DNA of 64,000 nt from Camelus ferus (Eukaryota): positions 682,001 through 746,000 of the forward strand of contig NC_045696.1 of the NCBI RefSeq assembly GCF_009834535.1. The letters run 5' to 3'. Shown one piece after another: positions 1 to 12,189 of this stretch. The notes beneath the pieces are model-generated. The model did no database searches, was not told where the DNA came from, and saw nothing but the letters and a program-made list of their open reading frames with translations. The position numbers and the translations under genes are program-made. Numbering within the stretch: position 1 is the first letter of the stretch; each line of letters opens with the position of its first letter.

Positions 1-205
1 GCACAACACCAATGTGACCCTGACGTAAACTGCAGACTTTGGACGATAATGAGGTGTCACTGCAGGCTCATCAGTGGTGGCAACTGTCCCATCAGGTGGG
101 CATGTTGATTAGAAGGGAGGCTGTGCACGTGTGTGCAAAGGGTATATGGGATTTCTCTGTACCTTCCTCTCAATTTTGCTCTAAAATTGTCTTTAAAAGA
201 AAAAT
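1..205 (+). mobile_element. Old L1 3' end (L1MC-like)
   Basis: Resembles the recalled L1MC 3' UTR: acaacacca...gtaaact..gactttgg...gggtatatgggatttctctgtaccttcc..tcaattttgct...aaaa. Confidence 0.75.
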
Positions 206-1514
206 TATTAATCAGGTAAAATATTCTCTAATTTTCCTTGTGGTTTCCTTTTTGATCCATGCGTTAATCAGACGTGTACTGTATGCTAGGGATTTACCGG
301 TATATTAACTTTTTATTTCTTATGCAGAAATGTCGCTCTTTCCCGGTTGCATATTTCCTTCCAAACAGGCCCTGGGAGTCGTGGGGTGGGGAAGGGGCTC
401 AGCTTCCTCAACCAAAGACCCTTCAAGTGATATTCCCAATACAGAGTCATCTCCTCTGCTGTGAACTATGCCTCTAGCGTGTGAAAGCCACTCAGTCACA
501 TGGATTTCTGTCACTGATTTCTAACCGATTCCATATTCTGTATTATCTCAATGCTATTATTTTACTGACATTTTATGGCTCAATATGTTGCCTATCTTGG
601 AGCACGTTCAATGAGGTGTATTTTTCAAACATTGGGCTTAGTGTTTTATCATTGTCAATTAGGTTAATTTAATTGATAGTTGTTCAGGCTTTATATATCC
701 TAATATTTTTCTGTCTAAGAGAGTTAAATCTCCAATAACAACAGTGGATTTATCTCTTCTCAGGTGCAAACATATTTAGATTTGTTATGTTTCCTTGATG
801 AAATAATGCTTTTATCATTATGTAATGTTCTTCTTTGCCACCACCACCACTTCCCGTCTTAAGAGCCGTTTTGGGTTTTATGAACATGGCTACTCCAGCT
901 TTCTCATGATGAATGTTTTCATGGTATAGCTTTTTCATTATTTAAATTTGAACCTATTTATATTTCTATGATATCTTGTACAAAACAAGTGTAATTGGCC
1001 TTTATTTTAAAAATCTTGGTTTGACCAGCTCTGCCTTCTAGCTGGAGGATGTGGCCGTTTTCATTTGCTTCAATTGTTGACAGGCTTTCCTTGTGACCAC
1101 CTTGCTGTTTGTTGTTAGTTATTTATTTTTCTTCCTTTTTTACTGCCTTTAAAAAAAACTGTTCTGGTATATTTTTGTGTTCCACTTTTCCTCCTCTATC
1201 AGATTCTATGGTTAGATTCTATTCTATAGATAGATTCTATTCTATCTTCAGTGGTTCTTTTCTAAATCTCACATATGCTTATTTCATCTGTCTATCTTGA
1301 ATCAGTATTTATCATTTTACCACAATCTAAAAACCTTGCAGCTGCAACAGGGTATTTCTATTTATTCTCTTCTGATCCTTATGCTATTTTTATCTTGTAT
1401 TCACTTCCAGATGAATTACAAATCTCACTATTGTTACCATTGCTTTTAACTCAATTGAATTTCGAAAACTAAAAACCCAGAAAAACATTATTCTACACTA
1501 ACCTACATAGTTAC

Positions 1515-1822
1515 TGTCTTAATCAGTTTGGGATTATCAGTAGGTGGCTATAAGGAGCAGAATTTGCTTCTCACATTCTGGAGGCTGGAAGTCCAGGATC
1601 AGGGTGCCGGCAGGGTCGTCCTGTGCAGGGCTCTTCTGGGCTGCGGAAGGCTGACTTCTCACTGCGGCTCCCATGGAAGAAGGGACAGGCAGCTCTGCTG
1701 GGAGGACACTAAACCCACTTGTGAGGGTGCCACCTGAAGGCCCCACCGCCCAACACCGCCACGCTGGGAATCAGAATTTCACCACATGGATTGGGGAGGG
1801 GGAACATGAAGTCCGTTATTAC
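1515..1822 (-). mobile_element. MaLR solo LTR (MLT1A-like)
   Basis: tgtctta...ttctcacattctggaggctggaagtccaggatcagggtgccggcag is characteristic of MLT1. Confidence 0.85.
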
Positions 1823-1854
1823 CCTTTGTAACATCTTCCTTTTCTTCTGCAGAC

Positions 1855-2010
1855 TTCATTCCCACAGAGACATTTCCGGTTGTCACAACTGGGGGCGGGG
1901 CCTCCTGGCATCTCGTGGGTAGAGGCCTGGGATGACGCACAAGACAGCCCCCACAGCAGAGAACTATTTGGCCCCATATGTCAGCAGTGCCATAGTTGAG
2001 TGCTTGCTGT
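1855..2010. mobile_element. MER20 (hAT-Charlie) DNA transposon remnant
   Basis: agacatttccggttgtcacaactgggg...ctggcatctcgtgggtagaggcc...gacagcccccacagc...tgtcagcagtgccatagttgag. Confidence 0.85.
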
Positions 2011-3769
2011 AGGTCCAGTCTATATTCAGTATCTGTCCCTTCAGTCTCCAAATATGGCTTTAGCATTTCTTGTAGTGGAGGCTCAATTGCTATAGAGCTG
2101 GTTTTTAGGCTTTTGTTTACCTGAAAATCTCTACTTTGCCTTCCTTTTTGAAGGATAATTTTGCTGGTACAGAATTCTAGGTTGAAGATTTTTTTTTTTC
2201 TCTCAGCACTTTAAACATGTTGCCCCATTGCCTCCTGCTTCCAAATGTTTCCAATGAAATCAGCCATTAAAAAAACCAATCATTGTTCTATGTAATGTTC
2301 TATGTAATGCATATTCTTTCCCTGATAGCTTTTTAGATTTTCTCTTTGTATTTGTCTTTCAGCAGTTTGTGGCTTTTCATTAGATTGGAATATTTCAGCC
2401 AGTGATTCTTCAAACAGTTTTCCCACCATCTCTCTTCTCATTCTTGGACTCCAAAATGCTTGCATCTCAGACTACTTCACATTAGACTACTTGATATGGG
2501 TCCCGCATCTCACAGATGTTTTGGTCATGTTTCTAAAATTTTTTTCTCTCTCTTCTCCAGTTTGGATAATTTCCATTGAACTTTTTTCAAGTTCCCTGAA
2601 CCTTTCTGCAGTATCCAATCTAAGCCCATCCATTGATACTTTTTTGTCTATTTTTCAGTCCTCTTTTTTTTTTTCGTGTTTCCATTCATTTCTTGAAATA
2701 TACCGTCTGTTCACTCATATTTGAAATAATTGCTTTAGTTTATTCTTATGCTAGTAACTGAGCCAACGACGGTCTCTCATAAGGAATGTCTTTTCTCTTA
2801 AGTACAGGTCACATTTTCCCCCTTTTTGCAGGTTTTATAATTGTTTTTGTTGTACTCTGCACATTGTGTAGAAGAGACCAGTAAAGAGTGAAATATTTTT
2901 GTTCTGCTGTTTGTTCCTTAGAGATTGCCATCTATTTCCTCTGGTGCAGTGAAGGTATAGAGCTAGTCACTCCGCTTTTTCCTAGTGTCTGGTTGAGCCA
3001 GAGAAGTTGCACCTTTCCTCAGGTTGAGTTAACCTGTGATTAGCCCAACCTCAAATCCTCAGCTATAGTCTTTTAGATCTTGTTGCCTCTGGGCTGGGAA
3101 GAGCTGCTTGTAGTTTCAACTCTAGTGACCAAAAGCAAGCATAGGACTTTGTGATTTCTCTACGCTTAGCAACCCCTCCTCCAATGTCACTTTCATGGCA
3201 AAACTTGGAGGCGGGGAGGAGAACTTCTCAGATTGGGTCCTCTATCCTTCACTTCTAGGCTCCAGTTTGTCCCATCAGCCCACACTACCACTCAAACTCC
3301 AGATGACAGCCCTCTGTCACCATGAAGGTTCTTCACCCATGGAAGGCCAGCTCTATCCAGACCGCAGTGTGGAAGCGGGGAGCTGTCATGTCTCTGCTCA
3401 GTCGTGATTGTCTCCTTCTGGAATCCAGTTCTCAAGGCTTCCTTCTCTCCTCCTCCCTTCTTATTCTTATATAAAAATGCATTGTTGATTTTGTCTTGAT
3501 TCTTCTTGTTGTTCCCATGGGAATGGAGGTCTTCCTCGTCCTGCTCTGAATCAGGGATCTCCTGTGCTTGGTTTTCCTACCTGCTTTTCCAGGCAACAAT
3601 ATGTCATAGATAAATTACCTTGTGGACACAAACAGGTTTCCTCAAATTTTAGAGTTTTAAACACTTCTACTTTTATTTCAAAAGTAATGACTTTTCATTG
3701 TATTTAACTTGGTAAAACAGTAAAAGCACACGCACACACACAATAAAAACAATCTCTTTCTCTTGCCTT

Positions 3770-4620
3770 CCTTTTTAATGAGGAATAATTTGCACAGAGC
3801 AAAGTGCCCAAATCTCAAGTTTACCCCAATGAATTTTACACACATTTACAGTTTGTGACCACCACTCAGATCAAGATATAGGATGATTCCACTGTGACTC
3901 TTCCCAGTCAAACCTCCCCCAACAAAGATAATCATTATTTTGATTTCTAGCATGATAGATTGGTTTTGCCTGTTCTTAAGCTTTATATAATTGAAAGCAT
4001 TTGGTATGTACTGTATTGTGTCTGACCTCTTTTCCTCAAATAATGTCTGTGAGATTCTTCTATATTGTCAAGGTTGTATTTTTTTTAATGGTTGTATTTT
4101 TATTGCTATGTAATATTCCATCAGTGAATTATACCATAATTTATGCATTATCCAGTTGATGGACTATTGCTTCCAGTTTTTGTTTTGTTATAAACAAAGC
4201 CAATATGAATGTTCTTATATGTGGGTTTTTTTTTTGGAGGGGTAGGCATATATCTTATTTTTTTTAACTTTACCTCGGGTAGACTTGTATTGTAGGGAGG
4301 TGCATACATAGCTTTGGCAGAAAGTGCCAGTTTTCCCAAATGATGGAACCATTTTACATTACAGCAGTGTATGAAAGTTCCAGTTGTTTTAAATCCTGAT
4401 CAACATTTGGTATTACAAATATTTTTACATTTCTGCTATTCATTGAATGTTTGGGGAAGCAGAGCCTCGTCAAATTTTAACTTGCACTTCTCTTTTTAAT
4501 GGCTGCCTGATACTCTCCAGTATGAATTTTCCAGAACATATTTAGCCATTTTTTTTTTGATGGATATTACCTTTCTTTCCAGTTTTAATTTTTGAAAACA
4601 GTGTGGCATTGCATACCCTT
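3770..4620 (-). mobile_element. Old L1 3' region (L1ME/MD-like)
   Basis: accaccactcagatcaagatatag...ttttgcctgttctt...atccagttgatggac. Confidence 0.7.
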
Positions 4621-5286
4621 GACCCACACGTTAGAGCCCACATGCAAGTATTTCTGGTCTCAGGGCACTCAGCACTGTGATAGAAAGCTCAAGGGAGCAA
4701 TCCTGTCCACAAACCACCTGTCCAGCATTATGCTGCCTTGTCTTATGGGACACCGCCACCCTGAACCAAAACATCATGGAAACATGGAGCCTTTCCCCTG
4801 ATGAGCCCAGACTTCTCAAGCTGTGTTTTCATCTTCTCTTTCCTGAAACGCTCTTTCCTGGGGTCCCCATTTCCTCTGACATCAGCATGAATGGCATGGT
4901 TTCCTGGTCTTCCCTTCCTGGTTGTTCTTTTAAACAAGGCGTTTTAAGAAGACAGCTTTGCTACCTGTCGCTGCAGCAAAGCAGAAACCAACCAGAGGGA
5001 GCCATTCAGCCGAGAAGTCCTCCTGCAGACTTCAGGTCCCGCCATGCAGGCCTCCGGCCACACCTCCCGAGCCATGCTGCTAGGACGGAAGTTAGAAACC
5101 TGTCTCGGGGATTCCTTTCCTCTGCTCCTGTCAGGAGAGACTCCTACCTTTAGACTTGGAGGGACTCTTTCCTTTTTAAAGTTCCTGATACTGAGAGAGA
5201 TTTGAGTCCATCCAAGGACTTGAGATGACCATCAATGAGTGACACAGCCAGCCCCGAAGCCATTTTGAAACCCACTCTAGACTGCG

Positions 5287-5490
5287 GTGAAGAGCCCTGA
5301 ATTCAGCCATCCTGGATTCAAGTCTTGGGTCCTCAACCGTTTAGCCACGTCAGTTTGTAACTTTAACCTCCCCATGACTCACTTTCCTCATCTGCTAATC
5401 ACGGGCAGGAACAGGAATCCTTTCATAAGGGGCTGTGTCAGAGCACTGAGAACGGAGTCCAGGGAGAGCCCTCAGCAACTGGCACAAGGC
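5287..5490 (+). mobile_element. MIR SINE
   Basis: ggtgaagagc...cctggattcaagtc...ctcactttcctcatctg...tcataaggggctg. Confidence 0.7.
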
Positions 5491-5499
5491 GCGACGGTG

Positions 5500-6700
5500 A
5501 CTTCACCCCGGCTGCACCCCCGGTGCGGGGGAAGGCGCGGGCCCGCGCGGGCGCGACCGCGGGCGGGCCACAGGCGCCGGCCACGCCGCGCCGTCGGGAG
5601 GCTCTGGGACGAGGCCGCCTCAGTGCAGGCCTCGGTCCTGGCCGTGCAGTTCTCGTGCGTCCAGTGCGCGCGCTCAGGCCCGCCCACTCGGGGAGCTGCG
5701 GGGCCACCCACCCGGCGGACCGCGCACCGCCAGGGCCCGGCCGCACACTGTGAGGTCAGCCGCTGCACGAGCCTCCCGGAAGCGGAGCGCTTCCCGCCAC
5801 AGACTCGCGGCCCGAGGCCGGCGGCTTCCCGTCCAGCCCCACTCCTTCCGAGGGCCCGCCCTGCTCAGACGCCCACTCTGCGGCCGGGAGTGGCCTCGGC
5901 CTGGGGTCTCGGCCGCGCAAAACCCTCAGGTCCCCGCGGCTTCGGCGCTCGGCAGACGCCCCGGAAGTCGGGGCTGATTGGCTTAGAGACGCACACGTGG
6001 TGCCTCTCTGGCCAATAAGGCGTGAGGACGAGGCCTGGGGGCTTCTGGGAAGGGCCTTCCGGCGTGGCGCGGCTCAGCCGGTGTGCGCAGGGGGCCTGCG
6101 TGGGGTCCTGTGCGGGGTCGGGACCCGGCGACGTGGGCGGGGTCCTGGGAGCCGCAGGAGCCGAACCCACCAGCCCGGCCCCGGGTCCCGGCGGCGCCAG
6201 CCGGGGTGGAGGCGGAAGAGCGGGATGGGCCCCGGGCCTGCGGCTGCCGTCTGACGCGCTGCGGCCCCGCGGGCTTCTGTCTGGGAAACCGGCCCGCAGC
6301 GTGGCGGAGTGAACGCTGCAGCCGCGGGTCCAGCCCGAGTTCCGCAGAAACGCGGCGGGGAGCGCGTCCCCCGCTGCAGGAACGCTCGGGGCGCGGGAGC
6401 GGCTCCCGGCTCCCTCCGGCTGGTGTTTGGACAGCGTGCTTTGTTTGGTTTCTGTAGCTTGCAGAGCATGTGAGGAATGCAAAGGGCCCCTTCCCTCCAA
6501 GTCGGAGGCTGCTCTTCAACATCACCTGGGCGCTTGCCAGAGCTGGCCGGCCTGCGCTCCCGCCCAAGGACTGGAATCACTTGGGCTGGGCTGGGCCTGG
6601 CGCCGCAGGTTTAAGAGCCCCTCGGCCATCGTGCGCCTTGAAGCCACTGACACTGCTCTGCGCACCTGGAGGAGAGGGCCGCCCATGGAGTCCAGGGGCT
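5500..6700. promoter_or_regulatory. CpG island with housekeeping/bidirectional-type core promoter
   Basis: Very CpG-dense. ETS CCGGAAGC 5776-5783, CCGGAAGT 5961-5968 and CTTCCGG 6056-6062; ATTGG 5977-5981; CACGTG 5994-5999; CCAAT 6012-6016. Confidence 0.8.
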
Positions 6701-7239
6701 GCTCCAGTTCTCTGTCAAACCTGTGCTTCGGGTGCACGTGGTCGCCCAGTCAGTGGGGTGTGGCTGATGATACATGGAGAGTCGGTTGTGTACCTGGAAC
6801 TTCTTTACTACACGGTGCCCTGTCTCCTGGAGCAGTTCAGGCCTCACCGTCCTCAGCCCAGCCATCCCACATGTGCTCTGCCGGGGAGGGAAGTCAGAAC
6901 AGCACGATCACAGCCGCTCTGACAGCCTCTCCTGCCACATTTGGGGACCATATGGGAGAGGTGGAAATCAAACGCAAGCCTGAAGGGAAATCTCATTAGA
7001 TCCAGCTGGTGAAAGATGAACAAATATGCAGAAAAACAACACTAAGGCAAAAGCAGTGGGGATCTGACCTTGGAATGGCCTTGGGAAAGGCAGGTTGGTG
7101 GATGGCAGTGGCTGGTACATGTTGAGTACTTGTGGAGTGCAAGGTGTGGTTATAATCCCCTTGTCGCTTCATCTCACAGCCACGGGATAAGCACTTTTAT
7201 CAGATTTACAGATGTAAACGCTTCCCATCACTCTTGCCG

Positions 7240-7405
7240 CACCCAGGCACTGTCTAGGTGCTTTACAGAGGTCGCTGTCCCCTTGAGGACAGCAGTCTGC
7301 CATGGCTGCTATTACTGCTTTCAAGTAGAGGTGAGAAAACGGAGGCACTCATGGCCAATATCTGAGTCTAAGTGGTTGGCTCCTGAGCCTGTGCTCGTAA
7401 CTTAA
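7240..7405 (-). mobile_element. MIR SINE
   Basis: ccaggcactgtctaggtgctttaca...aggtgagaaaacggaggcac. Confidence 0.6.
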
Positions 7406-8694
7406 GTGTCAAACTTACTGCTTCTGGCACAACAGTAAAGGGCTAAAGTCTGGAGGCTAGCTAGTTTAAGTTTGAATTCTACAAATATCCAGATGCAGTT
7501 GGCTTGGTCCCAGCTGAATGAAAATCCAAAGCGCTCCACTGGAGATTTCTGCTAATTCTTGGGAACTTTCAGTCTCCTGATCTCTGCCCCAGCACACGGG
7601 TCTGAACACTGTCCCAAGTCCTACCCTCCATCCACTGGGTACAGGACTTCTGACTTTTTGGTACCCATCACAAGCTTTGAATGAGCAGTAGAGACTATAC
7701 CAAGTGCTCCATGGAGGGGTAGAGGCAAGGATTCAACACTAAGACGTGCCTAATCTTCTGAAGTCCCCTTTGCTGTCCCCTGAGCTCACCCCCTACACCG
7801 TAGGGTCCTCTGCCCTGGCCAGCTGTGTTCTGGGCAGAGTGTAGTGGATTCCCGCACTGGACATTGAACAGAAGCTAGAATCCAGGCCTGGGCCCAGCAA
7901 GGCATGGGCTGGTTTTTTCTGCACTTTGAGAGGGCCCATCCCTCAGAGGGTCCTATATGAGGGAGGGGGAGCATGAAGAGGTCACCTGAACATACAAGAG
8001 AAAAGAAAAGGGTTAGCAAGAACTGAGCATGGAGGACATGAGCAAGGACTATACATGCCAAGCCAGCATGCTGAAGCCTCTCTCAGCAGCACCACAGCTG
8101 GACCGCAGGACACAGAAAAGACTGACTCCTCTCAGTTCTCCCCGGATGACTCGTGACTGGTAGTATTCCAGATGCAGAGGAAGCAAGTTGATTTGTTATC
8201 TTCAATGGGTGTCTTAGGGTATTATGACTTAATTTTCTCAGGAAATCCAATTGAGAAAGGCTGAAGGAAATCTACTATGGAAAATCATGTTTCGTAAGAG
8301 AACTACCCAAGAAGTAAAAAAATCCTATGGGTACTTTCAGTTACAAAAGTGGCTGACAATTACAATTAAAAAAAAAAAAAGTTTGTAGTGATATGATGGT
8401 TAACAAGAGGGATGAAAAATGAAATTTCCTAGCCAAGGATGGGATGAGGAAACTGAAGCACTGAAAGGTCGACAGGCAGTCCCAGAAATGCTGTGCTGTG
8501 CCACGCCAAGTAGTTGTGCAAGTCCAGACGCAGCAAGGAGTTAGCCCTCAGTATAAAGTCACCCTGGATGTGAGCCCCCATGAACTCTGTTAAATAAAAT
8601 AAAACTCATTCAAGAGATGAAAGAAAAAGCTACAAGAAAAAGATGTTGAGCATGGACTTGACAGTATAGAAAGGCAAGTCTCAACAACTACAGG

Positions 8695-9460
8695 ACAAAG
8701 AGAAAGACGAATACTGTATGATTTCACTTATCTGTGGAATCTAAAAAAACCAAACAAGTGAAAAAACATAACAAAACAAGAGTTATAGGTACAAACAGGT
8801 GGTTGCCAGAGGAGATGGGGATGGGAGGAGGAAAGAAATAGGTAAGGGAGATTGAGGTACAAACTTCCAGTTGTAAAATAAATGAATCGCAAACATGGAA
8901 GTACAGTGTGGGGATTAGAGTCAATTATGTTGTAATACCTTTGCGTGGTGACATATCATAATTAGACATCACGGAGAATCATTTTGAAATGGGTAGGAAA
9001 AAATCACTATGTTGTGTAACATATTGTGTTGGGTCAATTATACTTCAAAAACACGTGCAAACAAACTTAAAGAAAAAGAGATGAGGTTTGTGGTTACCAG
9101 AGGTAGGGGGTTGAAGGAGGGGGAACTGGATGAAGGCTGTCAAATGGAACAAACTTCTAGTTATAAGGTAAATGAATACTAGGAATGTAATGTACAAAAT
9201 GTTAAATATAATTACTACTGCTGTATGCTACATATGAAAGTTCTTAAGAGAGTAAATCCTAAGAGTTCTCATCACATACACACAAAAATGTTTTCTATTT
9301 CTTAGATTGTATATCTGTGTGAGATGACGGATATTCACTAAACTTGTGATCATCATTTCATGATGTATGTAAGTCAAATTATCATGCTGTTCACCCTAAA
9401 CTCATACAGTGATGTATGTCAACTCTATCTCAATAAAACTGAAAGAAAAAAATTTAAGAA
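8695..9460 (+). mobile_element. L1 3' UTR (laurasiatherian type) ending in AATAAA and A-tail
   Basis: gagaaagacgaatactgtatgatttcacttatctgtggaatctaaaa...tcaactctatctcaataaaactgaaagaaaaaa. Confidence 0.85.
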
Positions 9461-9499
9461 AAACAAGCAAAAAAGCCCCCAAACCCAAACCAAACAAAA

Positions 9500-11050
9500 C
9501 CCCCAAAGATCACATACTATGTGATTCATTGTATAACACTTTTGCAATGACGAAATTAAAGAAATGAAGACCAAGTTAGTGATAGCCAATAGTTAACTGT
9601 AGAGGGGAGATGGGAAGGGACATCCTTGTGGCGATGGACCTGTTCTGTATTATGATTGTCAGTATTAATATCCTAGTTGTGTCATTGCACTGTAGTTTTG
9701 CAAGATGTAACCATTGGGGAAAACGGGGGAAAGGATACGCGAGATCTTTTTCTGTTGTTTCTTACAACTGCATGTGGATCTACAGTTATCTCAAAATGTG
9801 TTTTAAAATTTAAATACATGAAACATTACAAGTTTGGCTTAACTTTTGAAAATTAATGTAATTCACCACAACAAACTAAAAGATGCAGAAAAAAATGGAC
9901 AAAATTCAGTAATCTTTTCTTGATTTAAAAAAAAACAATAAATGGAGAGATATACTGTGTTCATGGTATTATTGTGGTGTTAATTATCCTCAGATTAATC
10001 TATTGATTCAAAATTTCAACAGCTATTTTGTAGAAATGGACAAGCTAATTTTAAAATTCAGATGAAAATGCAAAGGATCCAGAATAACCACAATGGCTTT
10101 GAAAAAGAACCCTGGGGACCAGCGCTGATTTCAAACCTTATAAAGCCATGGTAATCAAGGCTGTGTAGTATTGACATGAGACAAACAAACAGATCGTGAA
10201 ACAGAACAGAGTCCAGAAATAGGCCCCCACACATATTGACAACTAATTTTTACAAAGGTACAAATGTAACTCAGTGAAGAAAGGATAGTCTTTTCAACAG
10301 TTGGTGCTGGAACAATTGCATAACCACATGCAAAATAAAATGAACTTTGATCAATATCCTGCACCATATACAAATATTAACTCAAAACAGATTATTTGAA
10401 GCATAAAACTATAAAGCTTATTTTTTAAATATTGGGTTAAGCAGTTTTTACATATGATACCAAAAGCATGATCCATTAAAAAAAAGATTAAATAGACTTC
10501 ATTGAAATAAAAAACATCTGCTCTTTGAAAAACATTGTTATTGGAATAAAAAGGCAAGCCAATACATACTGGGACAAAATAATTGTAAATCATACATCTG
10601 AGAAAGGACCAGCATATGTAAAGAACCCTCAGAACTCAATGGTAAGAAAACTAACAACCCAATTAGAAAAAATAGGCAAATGATTTGAAGAGACACGTCG
10701 CTAAAGAAGATATACGTGTAACAAATAAGCACACGAAAGCACCTCAGCACCATTAATCACTGGGAAATACCAGAATGAGACCCTGCTACACAATAGAAAG
10801 GCTGTGGCTTAAAAGACTGATCATAACAAATGCTGATGAAGCCGTGAAGCAACTGGAACTCTCATACACTGCTGGTGGGAGCATAAAATGTTTCAGTCCC
10901 TTTGGAAACAGTGTGTCTGTTTCTTAAAAAGTTAACTGTATATATTATATGACCCAGTCATTCCACTCCTAGGAATTTACCCAAGAGGGAAGAAAGTGTA
11001 TGTGCACTTCGGAACTCATATGCAGATGTTCCCAGCCAATGAATGTGCGA
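9500..11050 (+). mobile_element. Old L1 fragments (L1MC-like 3' UTR, then decayed ORF2)
   Basis: gaaacagaacagagtccagaaatagg...aaggatagtcttttcaacagttggtgctggaacaattg; many stops and frameshifts. Confidence 0.8.
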
Positions 11051-11449
11051 AGAAGCGGTCATGGCTGTGCACTATCAGGAGCACTCCATTTTTGCAAACT
11101 TTTAGGGGGCAGTTTTGCAACATCTGACTTTTTTTCTTCCCAAGAGAAACTTAGTCCTTAGCTTGTATGAGACTGGCTCTGTGGTTATCGCCTTCACTTG
11201 GAATATTTTGGGTTACTCTGGATATTGGGAAAACAATAGAAATTGAACTGCTATAGAAATACACACTAAATATATATTAGTTATGTGTTTTTTTGAATTT
11301 TCCTTTACATGCCCTATTTTCCTTGCATAATTAAGTGGTATTAGTAGATCTATTCCAAATAGAAACTTTGTTAAAAACATTTGAGCTGTGTGACCGCTGG
11401 TACCTTTGCGAAAGTTGCTTATTAACCCTTCTAAACAGTTGACTTCATT

Positions 11450-12000
11450 ACTGAGCGTCGTTGGTATTATTTCTATGCTTAAGTGCTTCAGTGTGTGTTT
11501 CCTGAGAACAAAACATCCTCTTACTTAACCGCAGTGCAATGATCACAAGTAGGAAATTTAACGTTGATACAAAACCATCATCTAATCCACAGACCATGTT
11601 CAAATTCTGATGACTGTCTCAATAACGTCCCTTGTGCTGTTCCTCCCCCAGCGTGCGACACATGTTGCATTTAGCTGTCACGTCTTTAGTCTTCTGTAAT
11701 ATGAAGCAGTTTTGTAACACTTCTCAGTGTTTTGTGACTGTGACATCTCTGAATATGTAGCCCAGTTATTCTGCAGAACACCTCTCAGTTGGGGTGGTTG
11801 GATGTTTCCTCTTGACTGCAGTTACGAATCTGTATCATTATGCTTGAGGCGGGAGTCCAGCAGAGGTGGCTTTTTGACCTTTTTACTGTAGCATATCAGG
11901 AAGCCCATGATGTCTATAAGTTTTATGGTTTTTTTTTAATATATGGATGTTTGGTTTTTCCTGCACCATTAGTTGATAAGAGTTTTCTTTCCCCACCAGC
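11450..12000 (-). mobile_element. Old L1 3' fragment (L1MC4/5-like)
   Basis: ttcagtgtgtgtttcctgagaacaa...ggaaatttaacgttgataca...ttgcatttagctgtcacgtcttt. Confidence 0.6.
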
Positions 12001-12189
12001 TTAAATCTTTGCTTTCTTTCCCTCTTTTAGCTTCTGCATTTTGGGTCTTTCGCAGTCTCCCCGGAGCATATGCAGTTCAGGGGTCAGACAAGGGTCTGGA
12101 GTTGATACGCAGGTTTGTGGATTGACCCCCACCCCACCTGTGGCTCCTTCTTCTCCCAGACCCTCTACACAGACACGCACACGTCGTAC

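Larger units (their letters stand above)
220..2900 (-). mobile_element. Degraded antisense L1M (ORF2 5' part/ORF1), interrupted by MLT1 and MER20
   Basis: T-rich with L1 ORF1-region signatures, e.g. ttagcatttcttgtag...tttttgaaggataattttgctggtacagaattctaggttg. Confidence 0.65.

Noticed and set aside
6505..6650. Possible MER5-type DNA transposon relic at the edge of the CpG island
   Set aside because: The similarity is suggestive (atcacctggg...tgaagccactg) but too degenerate to call without an alignment.
5287..6999. Overlapping ORFs of up to 243 aa across the CpG island
   Set aside because: Arg/Pro/Gly/Ala-rich CpG-island artefacts; one begins inside a MIR.
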